From Octopus sinensis (lineage: Eukaryota): DNA of 64,000 nucleotides. The notes beneath the pieces are model-generated. The model did no database searches. It was not told the DNA's origin and saw only the letters and a list, made by a program, of their open reading frames with translations. The stretch lies in contig NC_043024.1 in assembly GCF_006345805.1 (NCBI RefSeq), forward strand, positions 13,268,001-13,332,000. The letters run 5' to 3'. The position numbers were made by a program, and so were the translations under genes. Positions within the stretch are counted from its first letter, which is position 1; every line of letters begins with the position of its first letter. Of this stretch, positions 43,027 to 56,605 are shown piece after piece.

Positions 43027-44019
43027 ATAATGGGGTTTACTTAATAACTGCTTCGTTTAAAAACAACAAAAAACAACATAGACAACTCCATCAAAGTGAA
43101 GGTATCCTTTATGTAGAAGAGGGTGTGTTTATTAAACATGTGTGTTTGCGCCCGAATATCTTTTATTCTTTCAGTCTATAGCCTTCATTCAATGCTTTTA
43201 CGATATGTTGTAAATGTGAGTTTGATCTTTTTTTCTGTGGAAGAGAAAGACAGAAAAGAGTAAAGAATGTCTGGAGAAAATAAGAGAGAAAGAAAGAAGA
43301 AAACTGAAGCGAGACGGGCTGAAGGAAAGAAGGAAAGGGAAAGAAGAAAGGAGGAAAAGTGAAGGATAGAGGGGAAGAAAAGGAAGGAAAAAAGGGCTGT
43401 AAATTTGAAATTATTAAATAAGAAAAGAACGTAATCGAAATTTGCATGAATCGATAATTTAATGATTTTGGTATTGATTTTTGACGTAATGATTCGTTTC
43501 GATTTGCGGAATTACTCGAAGGTGTATATATATTAGTGATAGTGAGAGGTGGGTGGAGGGAGTGAATATGAGAGAAGGGTAGAAAGGAGGATGGATTTAA
43601 ACATGGGTAAATACACAGATGTGAAGGGATAGAAAGAGTAAGGTCCTGGGTTTTATAAGGTGACAGGGACATAGATCGAGTGATGTTGAAATAAAGGTAT
43701 TGGGAGACGGGGAGGGAGAATGAGAGACGCATCGTGGAGATAGGTTAGGAGAGGGAAATTGAAGAGAGAAAGGGTGGGGGAAATTAATGGGTAGATAGAA
43801 AAGAGAATATGCAGACGTGGGTACTTAGAGGAAGATGAGGTAAGAGTGATAAATACATAGGGAATAGCAGAGAGAGAGAGAGAGAGCGAGAGCGAGAGAG
43901 AGAGAGGGAAGAGAGAGATGAATAGTAAGAAAGACAGAATGTGATGAATATTGATAGATATATAAATAGGTAGGAGATAGAGAGAAAGAGAGAAAAGAGA
44001 GAGCGCGATGCATGCATAC

Positions 44020-44547
44020 ATGCATAGATATAGAGACAGAAAGACAGATAGATAGGCAGTGAGCTATATAGATAAATACATAGATCGATCGATAGATAGA
44101 TAGATTTTCAAAGAGAGATGAGAAAACAGAGAGCGAGAGAGAGAGAGAGAGAGAAATTGATGAATAAACTGATAAATACAAAGATAAATAGACAGACAGA
44201 TAGAGGGATAGATAGATAGATAGATAGATAGATAGCAAGAGAGAGCGAGAGAGAGAAATACATACAGAGACGGGGAGACGGATGAAATACAAAGATCGAT
44301 GGACAGATACAAAAATAGATATACAAAGAGAGATGAGCAACAAAATAGAGAGAGAGAGAGATAAATAGATAGATAGAGAGATCGATAGATCGATAAACAG
44401 ATAGAGAGATACATACAGACAGCAGACAGACAGATAGACAGAAAGACAGATAGACAGGCAGACAGATAGATATGTTGTTAGATAGCTAGATAGATAAATA
44501 GATAGATCGATAGATAGAGGGATAGATAAATATACAGAATTATGAGC

Positions 44548-44608
<61 letters not shown>

Positions 44609-44780
44609 CATACATACAAACATACATACATACATATAAGACAGATATGGATAGACATATAGTTAGATAGGTAGGTAGATAAATAAATAGATACATGGAC
44701 AGCTTGCCAAGTAGCTTGCTAGTTAGCTAGCTGGCTAGCTCGCTAGATAGATAGACAGATTGATAGAAATTTAGACGGAC
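44020..44780. repeat. (GATA)n/(GA)n compound microsatellite
   Basis: Direct inspection. Confidence 0.85.
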
Positions 44781-44979
44781 AAAGAGACATATAGATAAAT
44801 AAATGCGTACCGTCTTGGAAAATATAACGTGTAGTTGTGTAAAGAATATGTGGAAGCGTCTGAGTGTAGCAGAAAGCAAAACTGTGTGTGTGCGGGGGTG
44901 TGTACCATTATCGGATATTCGGAGAGAATGAGGGTGTATATGATTCCTGTATGTATACAGAACGACTGCTTGTGTTTCT

Positions 44980-45575
44980 GTGTGCGTGTGTGTGTGAGTG
45001 TATGTGTGTGAGTGTGTGTATGTGTGTGAGTGTGTGTATGTGTGTGAGTGTGTATGTGCGTGTAAGGATATGTGCGTGTGAGTGTATGAGTGTATGAGTG
45101 TGTGAGTGTATGAGTGTGTGAGTGTGTGAGTGTGTGAGTGTGTGAGTGTGTATGTGTGTGAGTGTGTGTATGTGTGTGAGTGTGTGTATGTGTGTGAGTG
45201 TGTGTGTGTGTGAGTGTGTGTGTGTGTGTGAGTGTGTGAGTGTGTGTGAGTGTGTGAGTGTGTGTGAGTGTGTGTGAGTGTGTGAGTGTGTGTGAGTGTG
45301 TGAGTGTGTGTGAGTGTGTGAGTGTGTGTGAGTGTGTGTATGTGTGTGTGTGAGGGAGAGCGAGAGAGTGATAGTTAAATAAAAAGTGTGACAACAAGAT
45401 AGATCTACAGAGATAGTGAAAGATATTGATATGGTGTTAGAGAGAGAGAGCGGCAACGACAGAAAGGGGAATAATGTGTGGGAGAGAGAGAGAGAGAAAG
45501 AAAGAAAGAGAGAGAGAGAGAGCGAGAGAGAGCGAGAGAGAGAGAGCGAGAGAGAGCGAGAGAGAGAGAGCAAGA
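44980..45575. repeat. (TG)n-GAG patterned array followed by (GA)n
   Basis: Direct inspection. Confidence 0.9.
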
Positions 45576-46719
45576 GACATAACTCCAGTTTGTACTTGTA
45601 TATGAATCTACCAGTTTCTGACTGTGAATGTGTAGTTGTCTAAGTGTGTGTATGTAACATTGAGTAATAAACTCTATGTGTACACTTGTGTGTTTATGTG
45701 TCTGTGTGTATGTGTGTATACAAGAGCGTATTAGTACTTGTCTGTTTAAATGCATATACGATGCATGTTACTGCATGTGTGAAACAAGTGTGCCGAAGCG
45801 CATAGCGTTGTAAACGTGAATGCGTTTATTTATATGCGCGTATACATGCTGGTATAATAACTGTATAGTTATCCACACGTATGTCTCTATGTTTATGACA
45901 TTGCATGCTTCCATTCGCTTATATATATATGTGTGTATATATGCGTGTATTGTGACTATATCATGGATATAACTTAAGTGTTCGTACATTAGGTCTTACG
46001 TAATTTTTTTTTGAAGTAGCGTAAAGAAATTTCTAATCATATGAGACATTTCGTGGAATAAATCGTGATGGTGTTGTTGTTGTTGTCGGTGGTGCTGATG
46101 GTGGTGGTGGTGCTGATGGTTGTGGTGGTGGTGTTGGGGATTCATCGGTTGCCGATGTATATTAATGGCCGGTAGTGATATCAGAACATGGTGATGGGTG
46201 GTGGTGGTGCTCAGGCGTGTTTTCCTGGTACTGTGGGCGCTCTCGGTGGAGGTGGTCATATCAATGATGATGTTGATAAAGGTGAATAATGGCGACGGAA
46301 GATGCTGTTACCGGTGGTGGAGGTGTTATTAGCTGCTGTGGTTGTGTTGGGGATAGAGTTGCGGGGGAGAGGGATGATGGTGAATTTAATTAGGGGCGAA
46401 GAATGTTGATGGCGGCAGCGGCGGTGGTGGTGGTGGTGGGGGGTTGTTTTTGCTAATTTTGATCTTAAAAACACGATTAGCAGTGGTGGCCATAGTGTTC
46501 ATTCGGCGGAGACAATTAGAAAATTATTAATTACTTCTAATAAATTACTTGGAGAAATAATTACAAAGTTTGAAGGTGGAAAATAAAACACGAATATTAC
46601 AGGAAAACAGATTTTAGATTAAAATCAGCGATGACGATGACAATAATAACAATAATAATAATAATAATAAAAATAATAATGATATTAATAATAAAAATAA
46701 TAATAATATTAAAAATAAA

Positions 46720-46770
<51 letters not shown>

Positions 46771-47111
46771 GTTAATAATGATGATAATAATACTGGTTTC
46801 AAATTTGGGAGCAAAACAAGTATATTTAGAGGAGGGTATAAGACGATTATGTCGATGGAATTTAATCTCAGGTGAGTTTAAACTCAGAACATGCAGACAG
46901 GCGAAATGACTAACAATTTTGTTTGGCGTGCTACTAATTCAGCCAGCTATTAATAATAGGAAGAAAGAAGGGAGTTAGAGAGATAAAAGATTCGTTGATA
47001 AACAAATAAATATGTATATGTATATTATATATGGTAAACGAATAAGCGAAGATAGAAGATTCGTGTCTCCTATCTTGCAGTAAGCCACCAGGTATAAAGC
47101 ATTCATTTTTT

Positions 47112-47149
<38 letters not shown>

Positions 47150-47152
<3 letters not shown>

Positions 47153-47341
47153 AGAGTATACGAAGAAAACAAATGACGAAGACAGATGGTGTACAAAACA
47201 AACAGATGTATTAGTATAACGCTCAGGAATAGAAAAAGTCTTTTACGTTTCGAGCCTACGCTCTTCTACTACAGAAAGGAAACAGAAACAACAAGGAGAG
47301 AAACATGGAGAGAAAAAAATGTGTGTAGTGGCTAACAATCT

Positions 47342-47345
<4 letters not shown>
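47150..47345 (-). mobile_element. Penelope-like terminal fragment family H2, inside (TA)n
   Basis: (TA)n on both sides; minus strand 47240-47278 CTTT CTGTAG(TAG)A A GAGC GTAG GCTC GAAAC GTA AAAG. Confidence 0.7.
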
Positions 47346-47401
<56 letters not shown>

Positions 47402-47570
47402 ATATATAATTTATGCATATGTAGGTAGAGAGGAAGATATGTGTGTGTAAAAGAATAAATAACAATGACTGTTTACTGATTGGTTGACTGTAGAGTGACG
47501 GTAGAATTGAAATTTTATGTTTTATGCGAAGATCAAGATGTAAATTACTTTCATACCTAACAATATATAT

Positions 47571-47613
<43 letters not shown>

Positions 47614-48175
47614 AGAGAGAGAGAGAGAGAGATAGAGAGAGAAAAGAGAAAAGAGAGAGAGAGAAGGAGGTCGCAGAATATAAGAATATTTTTATTTATT
47701 CATTATCATCAATGCATTCGTTCGATTTTCGAAAATCCCAACATAGAATTGAATTCTTGGAGAGGTCAGCATCCCTGAACGCATGTCAATGCAATGGTAA
47801 ATGATTGAATAGATAAATAAAAAAGTAAGTGAATAGTGAATACTTGTCAAATTGAAGGGGAGCCCCTATCTTGTCCTCCTATATCTATCTATCTACCTGT
47901 CTATCTATCTCCATTGTCCTGGAAGCTCATAAAAAACAGTGTTCTCCTCCTCTAAACACCACAACAAAAAAGCAACTGTTTTATATAAACGAGCAAACTG
48001 TTTGCACATTCACAACATTTTAGTTGAAAAATTTGAAAAATGAACGAAAGCGCTAATAAAAATGAATAAATAATGTTTTTTTAAAATTATGGTGACCTCA
48101 TATTTTCTCAATATACAATATCTGTACACCATTGTTACACACGCTATACATAAATTATATATTCATACATATACT

Positions 48176-48388
48176 CTTTTACTTGTTTCAGGCATTTGAC
48201 TGGCCATGCTGGAACACCGCCTTTAGTCGAGCAAATCGACTCCCGGACTTATTCTTTGTAAGCCTGGTACTTAATCTATCGGTTTCTTTTGCCGAACCGC
48301 TAAGTTACGGGGACGTAAACACACCAGCGTCGGTTGTCAAGGGATGTTGGGGTGACAAACACAGACACACAAACGTATGCAAACACAC

Positions 48389-48425
<37 letters not shown>

Positions 48426-48510
48426 CAAATATACGACGGGCATCTTTCAGTTTCCGTCTACCAAATCCACTCACAAGGCTTTGGTTGGCCTGAAGCTATA
48501 GTAGAAGGCA
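48176..48510 (-). mobile_element. SINE family B, 5' truncated
   Basis: Colinear with 39931-40265. Confidence 0.85.
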
Positions 48511-48614
48511 CCCCCCTAATTAATACGGAATATTTTCACCTAGTGACACGGCATATATAGTACGGTTTACACATTTATATTTTTGCGCATCATACATTTA
48601 CCACTGTTTCTGAT

Positions 48615-48710
<96 letters not shown>

Positions 48711-48711
<1 letters not shown>

Positions 48712-48786
48712 TACGTGCATTCATAGCTCTGTCTATTCAACCGGTCGATTTATCGAATGAGTAAACCGAACTATGAATGCACCTAA
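48711..48786. mobile_element. 76-bp Tc1/mariner-type MITE
   Basis: TIRs TTACGTGCATTCATAGCTC / GAACTATGAATGCACCTAA (17/19), TA on the left and CA on the right. Confidence 0.65.
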
Positions 48787-48789
48787 CAT

Positions 48790-48868
48790 ATACGCTTCAA
48801 ACAGCTGTAAGACTACGAATTCCAAATGAATAAAAGTGTAAAGACCATTCTTTCTGCATTCTCTTATA
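48790..48868 (+). mobile_element. H1-like Penelope 3' remnant
   Basis: AAACAGCTGTAAGAC (48799-48813) identical to the hammerhead 3' half at 57840-57854; followed by AATAAA and ending at TA. Confidence 0.5.
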
Positions 48869-50059
48869 TATATTTATATATGTTGTGTGTGTGTGTAGTA
48901 GGTATGATTAAGGCTAAATGGCTGCTTTTCTTTTTACCTAACATAATTCATATATTTAATGATTTATCACCAAATTTTGTTTTATTTCATTTGCTTCATA
49001 ATTTTTAATAATTATAGTCTTTTAGTTCTCCAGGTGATTCATGAATTTTGTGGGGAACCTGAAGGAATCCGTTTCGTTAAATCCATTTTTCTCTACAGAA
49101 AATGAAATTAAAATATATTTAAAATTTTTTCTTGAACTCTCGGAAATGTTTCAAAGTTCGACATTATAAAACTAACAGAAAAAAGAATATCGTATATCGC
49201 ATAATTCAATAAATTACATCATATAATATGATATGATATATAATATTTATTGAACTAAAATAAATATTTTAAGAAAGAAGAGGAGCAAATATTTTATATT
49301 CTAGGAAACCAAAGAAGAGAAAATAAATAAGATAAATGGAAGATAGTAATTGTACGTGGTTAACAACCCTGTTAGAAATAGCAATGAAATATATGTTTCG
49401 TATCATACTACGTCAGTGTAAATTATTGGTTAAATTATATTTTCTGTAGTTATTTATATTATGGACATCTATAGAACTTAATCGCATTCGCAGTTTTCTT
49501 TCCTACGTTGGACATCGGAAATGTGAAGTTCCAACCAGGCCGAAGATTATTTATTTTTTTCTCTGCAGTTGTCAATGTCAACAATATTAGTCTCCCACCT
49601 TCCAGAACACTTGTGTATCCCGTGACAATATCCAACAATTCCAGACAAAGCTAGTAATATATATTACACAATACTGTGTAAGCATTAACATATGTATACA
49701 CACTGTTATGTTTTGGGCGCGTCATTGTGCCAATAATAATGAACACACGCACTGATTCAATATCACTTCCCTATTCTTAGTCAATCGGTAATTATGTAAC
49801 GATCGTTTGTTTAATGTGTTATTTAAAAAAGCAATCGGTTTTTCATGAGGGTTTTCGTTTCACTATTCGCGACCTCATCAATAACGCACCTTCTCTCTTC
49901 AAGACCTGCTTTGATTAGATATTTAACCGATAGACTAAAAACAAAGATGTGATACACAACCACGACCTATATTTATGATTATTATTGAAGAAATGGCGCT
50001 TCCAAGACAACAACAACATTTGGTTTCAAGATAGAAAGTGACATAGAATATCGAACATG

Positions 50060-50436
50060 AATAATTTTGGTCGAATGAATCGACCACAGTACTATACTTT
50101 CTCTTAGCCTGGTACCTTATTCTATCGAAACCTTTTGCCGAACCGCTAATGTACCGGGGCCTAAACACCAACAACAGTTGTCAAGCAGTGTTAGGGTGGC
50201 AAACACAGATACAAAGATATATATATACAACGGGCTTCTTTCAATTTTCGTCTATGAAATCCACACACAAGGCTTTGGTCGGCCGAGTTTATAGAAGACA
50301 CTTGACTAAGTTTCTATAATGTAGGATTGAACACAGAACTATGTGGTTGGGAAGCAAGCTTCTTACCACACAGTTACACCTGCTTCTCTCTCTGTCTGTC
50401 TGTCTCTATATATATAGATAGATAGATATACCACAC

Positions 50437-50476
<40 letters not shown>

Positions 50477-50690
50477 TCTTTTACTTTATTATTTGTTTCA
50501 GTCATTTGACAGCGGTCATGCTGGAGCACCGCCTTTAGTCGAGAAAATCGACCCCAGGTCTTATTCTTTGTAAGCCTAGTACTTATTGTAACGGGCTCTT
50601 TTGCCGAACCGCTACGTTACGGGGACGTAGGAACACCAGCACCGTTTGTCAAGCAATGGTGGGGGAACAACCACAGACACACGCGCACAC
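50060..50690 (-). mobile_element. Two SINE family B copies (50060-50385 and 3' half 50490-50690)
   Basis: TTTTGCCGAACCGCTA..., AAGGCTTTGGTCGGCC, ATGTGGTTGGGAAGCAAGCTTCTTACCACACAG. Confidence 0.85.
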
Positions 50691-51434
50691 ACACTGACAC
50701 ACACAGATCTGTTGAATATTTTTTGCCATTTTCTGTATTACTGTATTATTTGGACGTATTCATTATGGTGTGTCTCAGGGGGTCTCAGCCTCTGTTATTA
50801 ATAACGTTTCTTTTGATTTGTTCCCCTACCATTGCTATGTAATCTCCTAATGGCCGTGACTAAATGTAGGGTAACAGAGCGCAGCCGAACTGATCGCAAG
50901 AGAACAATTCCTGTTATTGAAGAACGACACTCAATAAAGTTAAATGAGGAAGCGATGTCAAGCATGCGTGTCAAATATGTGGTATTTGGTCAGAGGCAGC
51001 GTTTATTAATTATTCATTTAATTTCTGTGAATTAAGGATCGTTTTTGCGTCCTGTCTTCGTATCGCGATCGAATTTCGTGTCACTGTTTAATAACAGGGT
51101 GTTAGAGTAACATCTCTGATCCTAACCGAAAGCATAAACAAATCTATTTCATGCGATGGTAGGTTTCAATGACGAAATTAGAGACCAATATTGGTTTCTC
51201 CATCTTACAGACTAAGTTTTCTAGAAAGAAAAGCGTGGCTTCGCATCGTGTTGTTCCCATTCCAGACCATTCTCAGATAACTTCGACAAGTGTCTTCCAA
51301 TACATTTACCAATTTCTTATGCGCCGGAACTTGGGAGAAAAAGTTGCAGAATCTAATTGAACGCACACACACACACTCACACACACAGACACACACATAA
51401 AAACATATATATGTGCGTATAGACACAAACTCAT

Positions 51435-51534
51435 NNNNNNNNNNNNNNNNNNNNNNNNNNNNNNNNNNNNNNNNNNNNNNNNNNNNNNNNNNNNNNNNNN
51501 NNNNNNNNNNNNNNNNNNNNNNNNNNNNNNNNNN
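51435..51534. other. Assembly gap (100 N, unknown size)
   Basis: Run of exactly 100 N; a SINE A head (51535-51619, minus) is cut by the gap. Confidence 0.99.
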
Positions 51535-52394
51535 AATTTGAACTCAGAACGTAATGATAGACGAAATACCACTAAGCATTTCGCCCGGCGTGCTAACCTT
51601 TCTGCCAGCTCGCCGCCTTCATCGCCTGGAACACAATGTATCTGTTCAGACAATGTCGATTGGACGGAGAAGGTGCGCCAATATGTGGCACGAACATGTG
51701 ATCACTACAAACAAATCATTTGCGCAGGTCCTTCGGCAAAAGCTGAACGCTCATAAGATGTCTTCGACTCCTAAGTCATCGAACCCACGAAGAAACCTAG
51801 AAAATATTTTGTAAAGATAATATCGATTTGGTTATGGAAAGACACAGCAGGGTACTGTACTGAGTAATTTATTTAGGAATTCATTCGGGTGTAACAAGCA
51901 AATGCACAACGTTCGAAGCAACAGTTTTAACATTCTGTTTGGTCGGCGCCTGTATGTCGAATGATATTAAACTACATTCACACAATTTACTGCTGTCATG
52001 TCGAAGACATTCTCATGTTTACAGACATATTGAAAGATAGGAATATGCTTTGGGGAACTTCGGGAGAAATTTTTATCTCCCAATTTAATATGAAACGTAG
52101 TTTATATAACAGAGTCAGCCCGCTTCATAAGTCAATGATTTTGGAAATATAGCGGTAAAAACAGCAAATATATCGCTCCTTTCTGCACTAATGACATCAA
52201 AATAATTCTATAGATGCATGGCGGTGTTCAACGTAGACAAATATGTAAAAGTTAGACAAAAAATATAAATAAAGAATGAAAAAATCTGTATCTAGAAAAT
52301 TCTTTTGATGTCTCTACGCAAAAATTTATAGAAAATAAAACAAACAATTGTCAATAGCTGATATACAAATAATTTAGTAGACCAAACTTAGAGA

Positions 52395-52570
52395 GAAAAC
52401 AGATATGCGTTGAACACAATAAGTAGATAAAACGACATTACCTTCTACAGTAAAAAAATAAACCGCATTCAATACAATAAGTAGATAAAAACAGACATTA
52501 CCTACCACACTCATCAAATAACAACCGCATTCAGCAGAAAGAGGACGTAAAACAGACATTACACTTACAG
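52395..52570. repeat. ~60-bp diverged tandem repeat, about 3 copies
   Basis: AAAACAGACATTAC, CAATAAGTAGATAAAA and AACCGCATTCA recur at ~60-bp spacing. Confidence 0.65.
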
Positions 52571-52831
52571 TTAGTAAAAACAAACTAACGTAAAATGTAT
52601 TGCATGAACTGAATGCACCGCAAATATAAAGTAACGGAATAGGTCATCAAGAAAAATGTATGGAACACAAACTGTATCACAGTCACATATATAAAGGCAA
52701 TGCTAACGTAATAATTGTTATTGAGATACAAAGAAAAATGTATGTTTCTTATTAGCATAAATAAGAGGAGATGTAACCAAGGAACTAACGAGATGGTGGG
52801 AGGGTGTCGTTGACTCGCGTTTAACTGCAAG

Positions 52832-53109
52832 CCCGTCGGTTATGACGACGCGGGTTCCAGTTGATCCGATCAGCGCAATAGACTGCTCCTGGATTAGCAC
52901 TCAGCTGACACGCGTATCCTTTAAATAATTCTCAGGGTTATTCATCGTAACATAGAGTATGACAAGGTCGGTACTTTGAAATACAAGTACAACTCATTTT
53001 TGCCAGCCGAGTGGACTGGAGTGAAATAAAGTCTCTTGTGCAAGGACAGAAGACGCCGCCAGATATCGAACTCGCAATTCTGAGCCGCATAATCTATCCA
53101 CGCGCCTTG
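52832..53109 (-). mobile_element. CORE-type SINE family D, near full length
   Basis: Sense AAGGCGCGTGG...GAGTTCGAT...GTCCTTGCACAAGAGACTTTATTTCACTCCAGTCCACTCGGCTGGCAAAAATGAG...GATCGGATCAACTGGAACC. Confidence 0.8.
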
Positions 53110-53400
53110 ATTAGCCAAAGTACTGTACTGTGGGATAGATGTTTTCGGAACCAACAGAACTCGAACGTAAGTCGCAGTTGCAATCAAAACATCGATGCTC
53201 AAACAGCTAGTAATGGCAGTTAAATATCTTTGAGATCTCATATTTTCTTTTGTATTATGGAAAGACAAGTTGCACAATAGAGTTTACCAAAAAAAAGCAG
53301 CTATTTGAGGTGGAACGTTTCAAAGAAGAAAACTTGTTGGTTCATTAACGTTCAGCCTATTAGCAAACGCTTATGGCTTTACACAAATTTGTATAATGTA

Positions 53401-53450
<50 letters not shown>

Positions 53451-53779
53451 TGGTGTATGTATATGTTCACGAACATGTACATATGCATGTATGTGTGTGT
53501 ATTTGCGCGTGTATGCGTGTATGTGTGTTTGATATTCATACGATCCTGATGAGATGACAAATGTATGCTATGTAATATGCTTCTAATATAATCATTGTTT
53601 ATATTCATGCTTTTATGTTTTAACGCATCTTAAACGACTTATCCGACACACATCTGTTGCTGAAAGAATTACTATGGTTTAATGTCAATACCGCCATTCT
53701 TGTGATAGGAATATGTATACACAATATATAGATGAGTACATACATATGTTTCTATGTATCAATATATACATACATACAA

Positions 53780-53850
<71 letters not shown>

Positions 53851-54108
53851 TATATATATATATATAATATATCTACTTCTCAGCGACAACTGTGATTGTC
53901 ACACGCAGATAACGGTTCAATATCCAGAAACTCGAGTGCGTGTGTAACATAAGTTAAAGACGGGAAGGATGGCTTCCCTTTGCAAATACTGATAGGGCAC
54001 AGAAAGTGTGTCTATAGTCAGCTGGAGGAGGTGTCCTCCTGGGGCTACAAACTACAGTAGCATCCACCCTTAGGGGTTAGCAATATTTAAATAGCAAATA
54101 TACGTCAC

Positions 54109-54139
<31 letters not shown>

Positions 54140-54875
54140 CATACCTACATACATACGTACGCACATGTATATATATATACATACATGTACCAGTGTAGAC
54201 CTTAAGAAAATGTAAGTACAACATACCTCATCTTATGATTTGGGATAGAGAAGAGAACTTGTGCCCAGTTCTGGAAATAAGGTGCCCGGCGGATGTTAAA
54301 ACAAGGCTGAAATACCAGTGAAAAAGAGAACGCCTGTGTTGAATTATTGAGATATTTATACGTAAACTATTTGCAATTAATCAGAGTTGAAAATGAATAA
54401 TAAGTAAAAAAAATTAGTGTATTACAAATTATGTAAGACAGAGTCGGAAAGTGATTGCATCTATATGAAAGAAAATTTCCTGGTTCCCAAAATTCCCTTT
54501 CTTTTACTCTCTCTCTCTCTCTCTCTCTCTCAGACGTCTGTCACTTCACCTTCAGTCTTTCCTTCAGTCTGGTTGCTTCGCTGGTTGCCCTTCTCTCTTT
54601 CTCTTTCTTGATCTGTCAGCTTCGATACATCTCTGTAAAAAAGTCATTGACTGTTTGCGATTAACTTAGTGTAAAATTGTTATTGATGAATAATAATTCT
54701 CCGGCGAGACACGAAGAAGAAAAAAAGTATTTATTTGTTAATTATAAACAATGAATAGGATCAAAAGATATCGCACTAACGAATTTTTTTTTACACTATT
54801 TGGTGTTCTAGTTTTTTTCTTTAATCTTTGTCCTGGTTCCTCTTCCCTATTTAATCTTTCCACCATTTTTCATCA

Positions 54876-54910
<35 letters not shown>

Positions 54911-54922
54911 GAGAGAGAGGAG

Positions 54923-54958
<36 letters not shown>

Positions 54959-55404
54959 AAGTGGGTACTAATCTACAAGAGATAAACTGCAGATAATTCT
55001 TAACTTATTGAATTGTAATTCAAACAAGACTTGTTGGGAAAGGTTTATATAAAATCTGTCAGTTTTATATAAACCTTTCAACGATTGGCAGAAAGCCTGC
55101 AATTTTGGTAGAGGGGCCAAATGGATTAGAGCGACACCTGCATGCAACGGGTATTTATTTTATCGACGACCGAAAGCATAGAAGCGTGAAACAGGACGTG
55201 AAGACGGTTGTAATACCGCGGCACATTGTGCCTGGCGTGTTACGGATTGTAGCAGTTCACTGATTTCTGTGGATTCTATGTAATGAAGCGAACAATTCTT
55301 GCATCAGTGTATGATGCACTTCTGTTTCTGTAAATCATATATATATATATATTAAATTCTTCAAAAGACAAAGTTTCTTTGCACAGGAATTTGCTAACAA
55401 TATT

Positions 55405-55618
55405 CTTTTCTACTCAAGGTACAAGGCCGGAAATTTTGGGGGAATGGGGCAGTCAATTAGATTGATTCCAGTACGCAACTGGTAATTAATTTATCGACCC
55501 CGAAAGAATGAAAGGCAGAGTCGACTTCGGCGGAATTCGAACTCAGAACATAGCGGCAGACGAGATACCGGTAAGCATTTCGCCCGGCGTTCTAACGTTT
55601 ATGCCAGCTCGCCGCCTT
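55405..55618 (-). mobile_element. SINE family A tail-B, full length (older copy at ~55095-55265)
   Basis: Head GCCAGCTCGCCGCCTT, core TCGACCCCGAAAGAATGAAAGGC, tail TTCTACTCAAGGTACAAGGCC. Confidence 0.85.
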
Positions 55619-55809
55619 GATTTATTAACAATATTAAAACCACTCCTGAACATGTATTCTTCATTGATGAGTAAAATTTGTCCAACGCCATAATTCTAAC
55701 AAGGAAACTGAGAAACGGTTAAGGAGCAGGTACCCTGTGTGATGCACCCTAAAATTCCAGCTGCACATGTGAACATAGCTAACGTCTTTCAAAAGAGTTT
55801 TAGGATTAA

Positions 55810-56010
55810 CCTGGTTACCTTGAGGTGTTGGAGAATATTATTAAGCTATGGTTGGATGAATTGTGCAGTGGAAGGCCGCAGATGGTTTATCAGGATCCAT
55901 CGCCCTGTCACTAAGTTCACATGGGTCACGAGTGCATGTCTGACAATCTTTACAGTCTTGTAACACCAAACATTTGGCCTCCAATCTTAATAGATTTCAA
56001 TGCCATACTC
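55810..56010 (+). pseudogene. Tc1/mariner transposase catalytic-domain relic
   Basis: YLEVLENIIKLWLDELCSGRPQMVYQDPSPCH*..HECMSDNLYSLVTPNIWPPILIDFNA matches the QQD.AP.H and WPP.SPDLNP motifs; stop and frameshift present. Confidence 0.75.
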
Positions 56011-56559
56011 TAAGATCTGTGGAATCTTTCTGGAAAATCAACTAATTTACATCATCATAATAGCATAGTTTCACTGAAGGCAATATTAGAATAAATAAAG
56101 GACATTTAGTGTAAGTATGACAATGATACCATTTCTCCAGTGAAAGAGTCATCGGATCTGATGTAGGATTTACAGAATAATTTTCTAAGAAATATTCTGG
56201 AAAACCTTTGCACAAATTTCTATTAAAAGAAAATCGTATTTTCTTTTTCTGTAGAATACAGGTGGTTTATTAAAACACTAAATATGTCCTCGAAACCTCT
56301 GGCATCTACCAACCTGTGAGTATATGCGTTTGTGACGTGTGTGTGGGAGAGGTCTGTGGGGGCAGCGCGTGTGGGAGGTGTGTATGTGTGCAGTGTGTGT
56401 GTGTACGTGCGTTGCATGTGCCTGTGTGTATGTGTCACTATTTCTTGACATATATACATTTATATATACTGTCTGTATATATATGTGCATATTTAAACTA
56501 TGGCATACTATATCTATCTATCTCTTTCTCTGTCTCTCTGTGGGTGTGTCTCTCTCTCT

Positions 56560-56605
<46 letters not shown>

